This document shows positions 29,509 to 39,193 of a stretch of DNA of 52,855 bases, one piece after another (positions within the stretch are counted from its first letter, which is position 1; each line of letters opens with the position of its first letter). Origin of the DNA: a virus. Lineage: Duplodnaviria; Caudoviricetes. A program made the translations under genes and the position numbers. The notes under the pieces were generated by a model. That model had not been told where the DNA came from and made no database searches. It saw only the letters and a program-made list of their open reading frames with translations. The stretch lies in IMG/VR virus record IMGVR_UViG_3300044995_000307, positions 1-52,855 of that record. The stretch is one strand, 5' to 3'.

Positions 29509-30654
29509 TTAATCAGTTATTTCTTTATTAAATTCTCTATATAAATCGTCAAATTTCTTTACTAGAAAATCTTTTACAACATCGTTCAATACTACCTCTT
29601 GCTTTTCAAGTATAACAGCAGACAGTTCATTTATAAATTTATTATAATAATCGTTTATTGATAAAAATTCATTATTTTGTGACTCTTCAAAATCGTCATT
29701 GTATATAGTACCTATTGGGTCAAATCTTATACTCTTATAAGAATCTATATTAGAACTAATGAAATTTGTATTAAATGGCTTTAAAGATCCAGGAACAAGT
29801 AATCTTACAAATTTATTACTTAGTATTTCCTTAGCTTCACTTACTTCTTTGTTTATTAAATTGACATAATTTTCTACAAGATATTTTGGACTTACCTTAT
29901 TTTCTATAACTTTTAATTCATTTGTTAAATAATCATAAACTTCTACATAATTAGAATTACCTTGCTCTTGCCATCTCGTTTGATAAGGGCTACCGATATA
30001 TTTTACATTTTTTATTATTTGTCTTGTATGAATATGACCCATTATTACTTCATTAAAAGTTTGAAAATCATTGACAGACAAATTATTTTCTTTTTCTACT
30101 GGTAACCCCTCTTTAGAAAACCCATATATGTCGTTGTGGCCATATAAATTATAGCACCCATCTTCTTTTGCTTGTGAAACAAATGAATTAAATTGATTTT
30201 TATCATGTATATATGGTATCAATAAATTCTTTCTGCCATTTATGTCATTAACATAAAAAGGCTTATCTATGATATAAGAATTTTTTATTAGAGAAAATGA
30301 AAAATTAGCATTAATTTCTATCTTATCGGTAAAAGGTGTATCATGATTACCAACTAAGAAGAATAATTGTACATTATTGATTTTAGCAAGCTCTAAATTA
30401 AGTGAAAGAAAATAACAAAAAATAGTAACATCTATTGTTTGCTTTTTATCAAATTGATCACCTAAAAATATTATAGAAATATTCCTGTTAGGATTACTCA
30501 ACGACAAATCCTTTACTAGAGGTATTAATATTTTTTCATAGAATTCTTTTGTAACGTTAAACATTTCTAAAGAATTCTGATTTCTTCCTACATGTAAATC
30601 TCCTACCCTAACCGTTAAATCTAATTGAAGGCAATTTAACAAACTTATAGACAT
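29509..30654 (-). CDS. SbcD/Mre11-like nuclease (T4 gp47-like)
   Basis: GDLH, GD.FD, GNHD, GH, GHIH, YIGSP; directly upstream of the gp46-like gene. Confidence 0.92.
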   Translation of the reverse strand: MSISLLNCLQLDLTVRVGDLHVGRNQNSLEMFNVTKEFYEKILIPLVKDLSLSNPNRNISIIFLGDQFDKKQTIDVTIFCYFLSLNLELAKINNVQLFFLVGNHDTPFTDKIEINANFSFSLIKNSYIIDKPFYVNDINGRKNLLIPYIHDKNQFNSFVSQAKEDGCYNLYGHNDIYGFSKEGLPVEKENNLSVNDFQTFNEVIMGHIHTRQIIKNVKYIGSPYQTRWQEQGNSNYVEVYDYLTNELKVIENKVSPKYLVENYVNLINKEVSEAKEILSNKFVRLLVPGSLKPFNTNFISSNIDSYKSIRFDPIGTIYNDDFEESQNNEFLSINDYYNKFINELSAVILEKQEVVLNDVVKDFLVKKFDDLYREFNKEITD

Positions 30655-31361
30655 TAAAACAATTTTTTACTGTTAATACTAACTCTACTACTTAATCCAA
30701 GTATTAATTGCTCTTGATGATCAATATCTAATATTTCATACACTAGTTTCTCTTCTGCATTAAAATAGTCACAAAATATTATAAACAAATCTATAAATTC
30801 TATTTTTAAATTACTGGATAAAAAGTGATAAAATTTTTTAAATATGATTTGTAATTCATCTTTATTCAAGAAATTTATAATATTGTCTATTGGTTTAATA
30901 TCATCTATTAATACTTTTTGTATGATTTTAGACTTATCATAAACTAACATATAGTTATCATCAATATTATTCATTATAAAATAATAACCCTTTAATTTTT
31001 TGACAATAACTGGGCAATCCATAGGAAATTTTTTATCAAGAATAGGTATTAATGATTTAAATCTATGGTCTTCATTAACTAGATTTGATAAAAATTTGCT
31101 TATATAAAAAAGTATTTCTTGATTGTCATATTTGTCTGAATGTTTTACTAAATTTTTAGTAAAAGATTCAGTAAAATCTATTTGCTGTTCCAAATTTGAT
31201 ATATTGCTAGAGTACATTTCAGCTATCATTTCATCATCGAACATTTTTTCAAGTTCTTCTAAAGAGCATTCATAATAAGAACATAATATTTTTTTAGCCT
31301 CTTTTAAAGATTTACAATTGCTAAAATCTATTATCTTATAATTTTTTTCTTCTTTAGACAT
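30654..31361 (-). CDS. Hypothetical protein (C-terminus loosely gp33-like)
   Basis: 235 aa ORF; helical C-terminus IDLFIIFCDYFNAEEKLVYEIL; function call is weak. Confidence 0.55.
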   Translation of the reverse strand: MSKEEKNYKIIDFSNCKSLKEAKKILCSYYECSLEELEKMFDDEMIAEMYSSNISNLEQQIDFTESFTKNLVKHSDKYDNQEILFYISKFLSNLVNEDHRFKSLIPILDKKFPMDCPVIVKKLKGYYFIMNNIDDNYMLVYDKSKIIQKVLIDDIKPIDNIINFLNKDELQIIFKKFYHFLSSNLKIEFIDLFIIFCDYFNAEEKLVYEILDIDHQEQLILGLSSRVSINSKKLF

Positions 31362-31362
31362 A

Positions 31363-32190
31363 TTACTCTTTTACTAAAGTATTAAAAAAGATAGAATTTT
31401 CATTTTCTTTAATTAAAATGAAGTAATTATTGTTGGGAGATATTTTTATATTAACTTCAATATCACTTTCAGAAGAAACATAATCCAATATAGTCAAAAA
31501 AGAATTCAAAACAATTTTTTCATCTTTATTATAAAAAATTTTAATGTTTTTAACATCATCTATAGATTTAACCCAACTATCTCCTTTTTTACTACAAAAT
31601 GTTGGTAATTTGTCTTTTTCTAATATTATTCTATAGTATCTTTCTGTGTCTACTGTTGTGCTAGAATCTGTAAATAATTTTGTATAATTTTGTATTTCTT
31701 TTATGAACTCTAAAGATACATTGAAAGAACATACACATGGCATAGTTTCATTAGACAGAATACTATTCCAAATAGTATCATTTAAAAAAGGCATTTGAGA
31801 GAATTCAAAATCACTAGTATGAAGTTTTATGCTGGTATTCTTGTTTTTAAATAATATAGAAGAACAAACGTTATTATCACCATTTCTTTTAAAAAGAAAT
31901 TCCCCATCTATTTTTTCATTTTTTGTTTTTATCAATGATTCTACTACTTTAATAAGCTTTGTAGTACTAGACATTGGCAACAATATTTTACCATCTATAT
32001 TATCTGATTTTGTAAATGGATTTTGTAATCTTCTGTAAATTAAATATGATTTGCTAGAAGGATGTGCCTTTGTATAAATGCTATCATTAGTAACTTCTAA
32101 TATCTGCTTGTTGTTGATATCAGAAAATTTAAGAAAATTTAAAAATTCCCTTAAAGAAAGTTCACTAAATTTAATTTTATTTGTATCCAT
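31363..32190 (-). CDS. Possible sliding clamp (gp45-like)
   Basis: 275 aa, two similar alpha/beta halves, located in the gp46/47/polymerase cluster; no diagnostic motif. Confidence 0.45.
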   Translation of the reverse strand: MDTNKIKFSELSLREFLNFLKFSDINNKQILEVTNDSIYTKAHPSSKSYLIYRRLQNPFTKSDNIDGKILLPMSSTTKLIKVVESLIKTKNEKIDGEFLFKRNGDNNVCSSILFKNKNTSIKLHTSDFEFSQMPFLNDTIWNSILSNETMPCVCSFNVSLEFIKEIQNYTKLFTDSSTTVDTERYYRIILEKDKLPTFCSKKGDSWVKSIDDVKNIKIFYNKDEKIVLNSFLTILDYVSSESDIEVNIKISPNNNYFILIKENENSIFFNTLVKE

Positions 32191-32192
32191 TT

Positions 32193-32702
32193 TTATAGTA
32201 TTTCGTTAATATCAGTGTTACTAGAAATTTTGTCTAAATCATCAAATTTTTCTTTTGGTCTAGGCTGATATATTACATTTCTGCCTTTAGGATATCTTTC
32301 ATTAAGTTTTAATACATTATATTTTATAATATCCATTAAAGTAAAATTAAATAATTTTAATAATACCATATAATACCACAATAAATCTCCCATTTCTGAT
32401 TTTAACTTGCTTTTATCAAGCTTTTTACCATGATAAATTGATTTTCTTATTAAAGAAGTAATTTCTCCAGACTCTTCGTTAATTCCCATTATCACAGAAG
32501 ATAGCTGATCTGAACGATTTTCTATAATAGATTCATTGAATCCTCTTATGCAATACTCTGAATATTTGTTAATATAGTCATTATGACTTCTTGTAATATA
32601 ATTGTTGGTTGGAAAAACTATTTTAAAGAAAAATATTTTAAAAACTTTATACTCTCTTAAAAGAGAATGATCTTTTTTATCTAATAATTCATATAGTCTC
32701 AT
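32193..32702 (-). CDS. MazG-like nucleotide pyrophosphohydrolase (MazZ candidate)
   Basis: GINEESGE...KSEMGDLLWY...NVLKLNERYP acidic ExxE/ExxD pattern. Confidence 0.85.
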   Translation of the reverse strand: MRLYELLDKKDHSLLREYKVFKIFFFKIVFPTNNYITRSHNDYINKYSEYCIRGFNESIIENRSDQLSSVIMGINEESGEITSLIRKSIYHGKKLDKSKLKSEMGDLLWYYMVLLKLFNFTLMDIIKYNVLKLNERYPKGRNVIYQPRPKEKFDDLDKISSNTDINEIL

Positions 32703-32753
32703 TGCTATTATAAAATATTAACAAAAGTTGGTTTCATCTTTAAATACAATTAA

Positions 32754-32790
32754 TTTTTTGCCTGAACTTAAGTAAGCTCAGGCAAAAAAA
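32754..32790. terminator. Terminator-like hairpin
   Basis: ttttttgcctgaactta-ag-taagctcaggcaaaaaaa (one mismatch, G-U on the minus strand). Confidence 0.75.
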
Positions 32791-32808
32791 ATATGAATTA
32801 AATTTATT

Positions 32809-33231
32809 TTATTCGCTTGTTTCTGATTCGCTTGTTTCTGATTCGCTTGTTTCTAATTTATCTAATATTTCTTGAGCTAATGTTACTGTTTTTTCTATTT
32901 CAGGAACAAAAGGAATTGTTTGTTTTATAAAAAATTCTTCATTAATGATTTCTTTAGAAAACAATCTTTTACCAGCATCATATTCTAAAAATGATGCTGC
33001 ATAGATCATTTCTGCAGTATCTGCTGGATTGTCATTATTTAAAGACAATAATTCTTTAAAACTGACTGGTACTGCTAAAGAACCTTTATAATCAAAAATT
33101 TTTTTAGCAACTTTTAAAAAATCTGCTTTTGAAACACCAGATTTTAATTCTACTAAATAACCATTTATTACCTGTCTTTCAACAGTTGGTTGAACATTAC
33201 TGATTAATTGTGATTTAACTATTGTAGCCAT
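32809..33231 (-). CDS. Hypothetical protein with (ETSES)3 tail
   Basis: 140 aa ORF followed by a terminator hairpin. Confidence 0.75.
   Translation of the reverse strand: MATIVKSQLISNVQPTVERQVINGYLVELKSGVSKADFLKVAKKIFDYKGSLAVPVSFKELLSLNNDNPADTAEMIYAASFLEYDAGKRLFSKEIINEEFFIKQTIPFVPEIEKTVTLAQEILDKLETSESETSESETSE
32811..32854. repeat. 15 bp x3 tandem repeat
   Basis: attcgcttgtttctg three times (last copy 14 nt). Confidence 0.95.
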
Positions 33232-33297
33232 TTTTAATTTTAATTTTGATTTGAATGATATTTATTAATATATATACACAACCCAAAATTAAAAAAT

Positions 33298-33780
33298 ATG
33301 ATAGATGATGATTTAATAGAACAAGAAATGAGAAGAATAAATGGCTTCAATGAAGAAGACATCATAGAAGAAAATGATTATCCTTACCAAGAAAAAGAAA
33401 TTATAGAAGAAAATGATAATATTGACTTTTATGGAAACATAAAAGTTATGATGAAAGATGGCTTGCCTTATCTGCCACCAGAAAATTCAATAATTGAAAA
33501 AGAAACAACTAACAATCAGCAACCAATACAAAAAAGTTCTAATACAAATAATAAAGAAATATTAATATTGCTAGAAAAAGCAAAAAAAGAAGAAATAGAA
33601 CTGACGATTAAGATAAGTACAATTAAGAAGAGTTTATTTAATGTATTAATGGAAAATTTCCCAGAGGATAAAGAAAAAATATTAGAAATCTTATCTGATG
33701 GTATAGATCAATCAGATAGGGAAATGTTGAGATCATCTATAAAAGAATCTATTAAAAAATATTTTGATGAACAAAATTAA
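33298..33780 (+). CDS. Acidic hypothetical protein
   Basis: 160 aa ORF. Confidence 0.7.
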   Translation: MIDDDLIEQEMRRINGFNEEDIIEENDYPYQEKEIIEENDNIDFYGNIKVMMKDGLPYLPPENSIIEKETTNNQQPIQKSSNTNNKEILILLEKAKKEEIELTIKISTIKKSLFNVLMENFPEDKEKILEILSDGIDQSDREMLRSSIKESIKKYFDEQN

Positions 33781-34120
33781 AATAGTGCTATCAGAAGTTT
33801 TTTTAGATGATGATATATTTCCTGGATACGAACTGATTGATGTTGGTAAAAGCAATTTATTCCAAAAAAACAATGATATAAATATATTTTTTGATGTAAA
33901 AAGATTAATAGAAGAATGTAATAAACTTATATCAAAAAATCAAAAACCACTAGTTATTTTAGTTAACTCAAAAGTAGATAATGAAGCTATATATGATAAA
34001 ATTTTCAATATGAATATACCTTTGTCTTTATCATTAATAATGGAAGAATTTAGAGAAGACAAAAGATTTGAAAAAATCTATACGGTTGATGAAAATTTAT
34101 TAGTAAAAATACATATCTAA
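33764..34120 (+). CDS. Hypothetical protein
   Basis: 118 aa ORF, coupled to neighbours. Confidence 0.65.
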   Translation: MMNKIKIVLSEVFLDDDIFPGYELIDVGKSNLFQKNNDINIFFDVKRLIEECNKLISKNQKPLVILVNSKVDNEAIYDKIFNMNIPLSLSLIMEEFREDKRFEKIYTVDENLLVKIHI

Positions 34121-34818
34121 TGAGAGTGTTTAATTTTTTTTCATTTAGGAATATAAAAAAGAATGAAAAAGGCGATCTTGAATTTACAAAGCCGTTAATA
34201 GAAAATTTCAAAAACGTTACTAAAGAACAATCTTCCTTCATCATTACTAAAGAATTAGAAATGAGACCAGATCTAATATCCAACTTAGTAACAGAAGAAA
34301 ATGAAGATTTTTCTGATATGATATTAAAACAAAATGGATTAGGTTGCTTTACAGAAATAAGAGAAAATATGATTATTGAGATTCCAAATGTAAATTCTGT
34401 ATTAGCACAAATTAAAAAAACCAACCAAAAACAAGAAAATCAATCCAAAAAAGAGCTTAATAAAAAATTACCAATAAAAGATAAACAAAGATTATTAGAA
34501 ATAATAGAAATTAATGAAATAAGAACACCAAACATGGTTGCTGAAGGCTCTTCACCAATAGAGGTTAGCAATGGTGTTATTGAGTTAGGGACTGATGTTG
34601 TTTCTAAAAAATGTAAACAAGATTTAACTAAATCTCAATTAATTTCAGAACAGATAAAGAAAGCTATTAAAGATAAAATAAAAAACCAAAACGATCAAAC
34701 AACTAATTTTGAAGAAATATCAAATGCTTCAAAAAGAGTAGAAGCAACTTTATTTTTTAACAATAAGCAAGCAGAAAAAAATAATATTAGCAACTTTAAA
34801 TTAAACCAATCTTTTTAG
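34120..34818 (+). CDS. Baseplate wedge protein (gp53/LysM-like N-terminus)
   Basis: EMRPDLIS...DMILKQNGL...IRENMIIEIP. Confidence 0.6.
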   Translation: MRVFNFFSFRNIKKNEKGDLEFTKPLIENFKNVTKEQSSFIITKELEMRPDLISNLVTEENEDFSDMILKQNGLGCFTEIRENMIIEIPNVNSVLAQIKKTNQKQENQSKKELNKKLPIKDKQRLLEIIEINEIRTPNMVAEGSSPIEVSNGVIELGTDVVSKKCKQDLTKSQLISEQIKKAIKDKIKNQNDQTTNFEEISNASKRVEATLFFNNKQAEKNNISNFKLNQSF

Positions 34819-36127
34819 CTAAACTCAATCTAATAGATTCTTTTAATTTTAAATCTGATATTATACTATACATTTTTTCTTTATTAAAAGAATCATTATT
34901 TCTAAATATTTCTTTAGTTAATTCATAAGAATTATCTACTCCTTTTATTTTTAAATAAAGTTGAATGAATTCTGAATAAACTTGATAATTGTTATCTAGT
35001 TTTTTTGAATCTTTGTTTACGTAAAGTTCTCTAATACCACTAGAAATATTTTGTATAGCTAAAGATAAATGTGCATAAGGAACTGCTATATTTCTCATGA
35101 TAGTGCTATCACTAAGATCTCTTTGTAATCTAGAAATTTCTAATTCATTTATAAATACATCAAATAAAGCCTTAGAAATTTTTAAATTACCTTCTGCATT
35201 TTCAAATTTTATAGGATTTACTTTATGAGACATAGTACTACTTCCAACTTGCTCTTTATCAACTGCAATTAAAAAATCACCATTATGTATGGAAATCCAA
35301 ATATTTTTACACATGTCTTCAAGTATTATAGCAATTCTTTTGAATTTTTCCATATTATCTCTAATAGAAGAGTAATAATCTATTTGTGAAGTTAACTCAT
35401 AGCTACTATATCTTTCAAAATTGTTTCTGAAATTTGTATTTTCCCTAACGTATCGATTAACAAATGATAAAAAGAAATAATTCCAATCAAATTTAGAATC
35501 TATTAATTTCAAACTAAAGAGATTATTAACAGCACCACCAAATTTTATTTTACCATTTTTTAATTGATCAATTTGATTTTTAATTCTTTCTTTGTAAGTA
35601 GAGAAATATTCATTTACAGTAATTGGTATTGCTATTTTACCATGTGTATATGAAGGTAATTTTGCATTTAAATCAATTGAAGAAAAAGAACTTTCCATAA
35701 CAAAAAGCTCTTTTATTATGTTATTGTTTAATTCTATAGCACAAATATTGTAATAAAGTATGTTTAAATCTTGACTTGTTAAACCAAAATGTAAAAATCT
35801 TGCAAAATTTTGTAAGTTATATTGAGATAATATGTAACTTGCAGTATATTCAATACTTTTTATTTCATGTTTTGTAACAGATTCTTGTTTCTTAAAAAAA
35901 TCTATAATTTTATCTTTTTCTTCTTTATTATTGCGAATATTTTCTTTTATTAAAGAAAATGCTGCTTTTTCGTCTTTAGTTAATTCCTTTTTTAAGTAAT
36001 TTAATAAGAAATGTTCTAAATAACAAATTTCAATATTAATGTATGTTAGTATTTTTTTATCTTCACTGATAATATTATTAATATTTGCTAACTTATCAGA
36101 GTATCTAGAATCTAATGGACTTATCAT
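34796..36127 (-). CDS. purB: Adenylosuccinate lyase (divergent)
   Basis: ISPLDSRY, HFGLTSQD, THG, KFGGA, GSSTMSHKVNPIKFENAEGN, SRLQRDLSDST.MRN. Confidence 0.93.
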   Translation of the reverse strand: MISPLDSRYSDKLANINNIISEDKKILTYINIEICYLEHFLLNYLKKELTKDEKAAFSLIKENIRNNKEEKDKIIDFFKKQESVTKHEIKSIEYTASYILSQYNLQNFARFLHFGLTSQDLNILYYNICAIELNNNIIKELFVMESSFSSIDLNAKLPSYTHGKIAIPITVNEYFSTYKERIKNQIDQLKNGKIKFGGAVNNLFSLKLIDSKFDWNYFFLSFVNRYVRENTNFRNNFERYSSYELTSQIDYYSSIRDNMEKFKRIAIILEDMCKNIWISIHNGDFLIAVDKEQVGSSTMSHKVNPIKFENAEGNLKISKALFDVFINELEISRLQRDLSDSTIMRNIAVPYAHLSLAIQNISSGIRELYVNKDSKKLDNNYQVYSEFIQLYLKIKGVDNSYELTKEIFRNNDSFNKEKMYSIISDLKLKESIRLSLAKKIGLI

Positions 36128-36129
36128 TT

Positions 36130-36558
36130 TTAAATAGTTTTTATTGTAATAATGGTAGTAGTTATTAATAAAGTAGTTAACAATAGGTAGTTTAGTAGAT
36201 TAGATAATACAAGCTTTCCTTTTAAAGACTTGTTTTCATCTTGTAAATATTTTATATCAGCATTTTTTATTGTAATTATTGAATCTTTCAAATTTACTTG
36301 CAATTGTAAATTTTTTATTTGATTTCCCTGCACAAGTTGTATAGAGTCATTTATTAAATTTAATTTTTGATTATTAATGTCTTTTTGTTGCAAATAATCT
36401 CTTTCAGCAATTATCATATTAACTAATATGATTTCTTTGTGAGAAAGAAAAACACCACTATCTTTTTCTAATACTATCTTCTTGAGCGATTGCCCTTGAC
36501 AAAAATAAGATAGATTCATCAAGAGAATTATTAGAAAGAATCTGTATTTTGTTTTCAT
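36130..36558 (-). CDS. Signal peptide + coiled coil + C-terminal TM protein (spanin-like)
   Basis: MKTKYRFFLIILLMNLSYFCQG|Q; hydrophobic C-terminus; overlaps the upstream gene by 101 nt. Confidence 0.55.
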   Translation of the reverse strand: MKTKYRFFLIILLMNLSYFCQGQSLKKIVLEKDSGVFLSHKEIILVNMIIAERDYLQQKDINNQKLNLINDSIQLVQGNQIKNLQLQVNLKDSIITIKNADIKYLQDENKSLKGKLVLSNLLNYLLLTTLLITTTIITIKTI

Positions 36559-36808
36559 AATCTTTTTTTATTATATAGTTATTTGTTACAATTTGTGATT
36601 TAGAAGAATCTAATAAAATTTTTATTGAATCTAATTTTAAAAAATCTTTTTTTAAATCTTTAATTTGATTTTCTATATTAGATGTATCTACTGGTTTATA
36701 GCTTTTTTTAATATCATTAAGATAATAAAATAAACCAGCTAAGCATAATATTAATAAAATTATTATTAATACTATTTTATAGTCCACTTGGCTCTCCGAT
36801 TTTTCCAT
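36458..36808 (-). CDS. N-terminally anchored coiled-coil protein (i-spanin-like)
   Basis: TM IVLIIILLILCLAGLFYYL followed by coiled coil. Confidence 0.55.
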   Translation of the reverse strand: MEKSESQVDYKIVLIIILLILCLAGLFYYLNDIKKSYKPVDTSNIENQIKDLKKDFLKLDSIKILLDSSKSQIVTNNYIIKKDYENKIQILSNNSLDESILFLSRAIAQEDSIRKR

Positions 36809-38684
36809 ACGGGTTATTTGGTTTATTAGTACTTGTTCCTATATTTCTGTTATTGAAAATTAATTCACAATTATCTATAACGTCTGCAACACTAGGTTTC
36901 GGTAATATTCTACAAGAATTTATTACATGCTGATATTCAAAGTCTAAGCATCTATTGAAAAATCTTATATTTGAAATATTTAAATTAGATCCCAACAAGT
37001 AAGGGCTACCATTATTGATATCTATGTTTAGAAAATTAGAAGTTTCTTCTATTTTATCATGCAGCAGTAAACTTGTTGAATTAGTATTATCATCTAATAA
37101 ATTCCATATGTATGTTCCAAAATACTTAAATTGATTATTAATATTAAAATTAATACAATACCACTTATTTAAATCTAAAGGAGTTATATTAAAATGTCTT
37201 TGATTAATGCCATACATTAATAAGATTTTATCTTCCAATAAAAATAAGGATAACTGCTTTTCTCCATTTATATTAAACAAATTAAATGAATCAACTAAAG
37301 TTAATTGAGATTGCTCTTGAGTAGATAATAATCTTGGAAGTTCTATTATAAATTTATTGTTAACTATGCCTCTTATTTGATAATACTTATTACCAATTTG
37401 TAATATTTTATATTCCTTATAAATTGATGTTTTACTAATATCAAATTCTAATTCCAATAAGTCATTGCTAATACTTTGAGATATAAAATTGATATTAATA
37501 TTATCTAATTTTTTAGTTAATCGTATCCAAGAAGCATAGCCAAATGATTTATCTTTGTTAATATTAATTTTTGCTTTATAAGACAAAGCTACGTTAAATT
37601 TACTTATAAAAGAAAAGTTATACATGTTCTTTATTAATTCAGAGCCATTATTACGAATATCTACAAACGATATCGTATTATTGCTATCAACATATTCTCT
37701 AACATTATCATCAGATAAAGTTTTATTAGAATTTTGATTGTCATCTACAATATCTTGTATATCTTCTTTTTCCTCTTTTGAATATATCTTATCTAAATTT
37801 AAAGTAAAATCTTCTAAAAATTTAATTGTATCATCAGATTTTTCTACAGATTTATCATCTTCAAATTCATCTAAATAAAGCACATAAGAAAGTGCTGATT
37901 GGTTAGTACCTTTTTTAAGATAATTGCTACTAACATAGTACATCTTATTTTCTATTGGGAAATATAAAAAATCGCCATTAGTTGGTTTTTCATTTAGTCC
38001 AAATATTGATTCAAAATAATTTTTATCAACCTCTACTTCAAAATTCTCAAATTCATAACCCCATTCAGTTATTTCTGGTTTATTTTCTGGAAACTGGTCT
38101 TCTTGTAAAAATAAATTAATACATTTATATTCTTCTTCTTTATAATGAGTATAAGTTCTTAAAGATGAATTAACCCCGCTAGGTAATGGTTTTATATGCC
38201 AATAATTTGCTTTAACTCCTCTATTAGAGTTTAACCAAAAATTTAATTTTTTATCAATATTAGCAGCAAATTCACCTATTTCTAAAAAATCGAAAGTTTT
38301 AAATTCAGAATATTCATTTAAATCAGGATCTATATTTTGTGGATATGTTTTTTCTTCAAATTCTATTAATAATCTATAAGATTTGATTGTAACAGGCTGT
38401 AAAATAGAATTAGAAGACATAAAAAATTTAAAACCAATATAAAATGGCTGTTGCTCTGGAACTGGTACTTTATCATCCACTATAGACCAAAGACTCCAGT
38501 TTTTATTATCAAAACTTGTAGAATAATACACCACTATAGAGTGATTATTAGTATAATTTTCAAATTCATGGCTGAAACTTATACTAATTACATCTTTAAA
38601 ATTATCTGGTATTTTATGTATGAATAAGCTGCCTTGATTTTTTAAAATATGATTTACTTTATAGACAAATTCTTTCATCATCAA
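36777..38684 (-). CDS. Neck/head-closure protein (gp14-like) with added domains
   Basis: ITEWG.EF...FESIFG..EKPTNGDFLYFPIENKMYYV; C-terminal LamG-like pattern (SWIR, LNKWYCI, ISNIRFFN). Confidence 0.6.
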   Translation of the reverse strand: MMMKEFVYKVNHILKNQGSLFIHKIPDNFKDVISISFSHEFENYTNNHSIVVYYSTSFDNKNWSLWSIVDDKVPVPEQQPFYIGFKFFMSSNSILQPVTIKSYRLLIEFEEKTYPQNIDPDLNEYSEFKTFDFLEIGEFAANIDKKLNFWLNSNRGVKANYWHIKPLPSGVNSSLRTYTHYKEEEYKCINLFLQEDQFPENKPEITEWGYEFENFEVEVDKNYFESIFGLNEKPTNGDFLYFPIENKMYYVSSNYLKKGTNQSALSYVLYLDEFEDDKSVEKSDDTIKFLEDFTLNLDKIYSKEEKEDIQDIVDDNQNSNKTLSDDNVREYVDSNNTISFVDIRNNGSELIKNMYNFSFISKFNVALSYKAKININKDKSFGYASWIRLTKKLDNININFISQSISNDLLELEFDISKTSIYKEYKILQIGNKYYQIRGIVNNKFIIELPRLLSTQEQSQLTLVDSFNLFNINGEKQLSLFLLEDKILLMYGINQRHFNITPLDLNKWYCINFNINNQFKYFGTYIWNLLDDNTNSTSLLLHDKIEETSNFLNIDINNGSPYLLGSNLNISNIRFFNRCLDFEYQHVINSCRILPKPSVADVIDNCELIFNNRNIGTSTNKPNNPYGKIGEPSGL

Positions 38685-38710
38685 ATATGTATCATTAAAG
38701 TATATAAAAC

Positions 38711-39193
38711 ATGTATAAAATAAAATTAATATCTTTATTTAAAGAGATAAGATTTCAACTAGAAATTAGAGAAATTTTTAAAGAAATAGTATTAAATGCT
38801 ACAATACAAGAAAAGTACTCTATTAAAGATGAAGAAGGTGAAGAAAATGGAGTTAACCTATCAAAAATGAACGTATTATACGTTTGGATACCAATACCAG
38901 ATAGATTAGAACCACAGCAACATGAATCTTTTATAAGTAATTATTTACAATTGCTTAGCGATATAATGATGCAAAGTGATTTAATAGGTCTACTTAAAAC
39001 TGATGCTTTGGCATTTAAAAATGAAGACAGTTATTATTTTTTAATAAAATATTATAGACCATTTCCTCTTAAAGTATTATTCTATTCATTAATAGAATTA
39101 AGTATACTTTCATTATTATTTTCTTATTTTATAAAAAAATCAGATATAATTTTCAATATTTTAAAAACATTAATTAATCATTTATTTCTATGA
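38711..39193 (+). CDS. Hypothetical membrane protein
   Basis: C-terminal hydrophobic helix. Confidence 0.65.
   Translation: MYKIKLISLFKEIRFQLEIREIFKEIVLNATIQEKYSIKDEEGEENGVNLSKMNVLYVWIPIPDRLEPQQHESFISNYLQLLSDIMMQSDLIGLLKTDALAFKNEDSYYFLIKYYRPFPLKVLFYSLIELSILSLLFSYFIKKSDIIFNILKTLINHLFL

Noticed and set aside
29509-30654. Metallophosphoesterase as DatZ
   Set aside because: Calcineurin-like motifs and adjacency to gp46 identify it as gp47/SbcD; DatZ is an HD-domain enzyme, and none was recognised.
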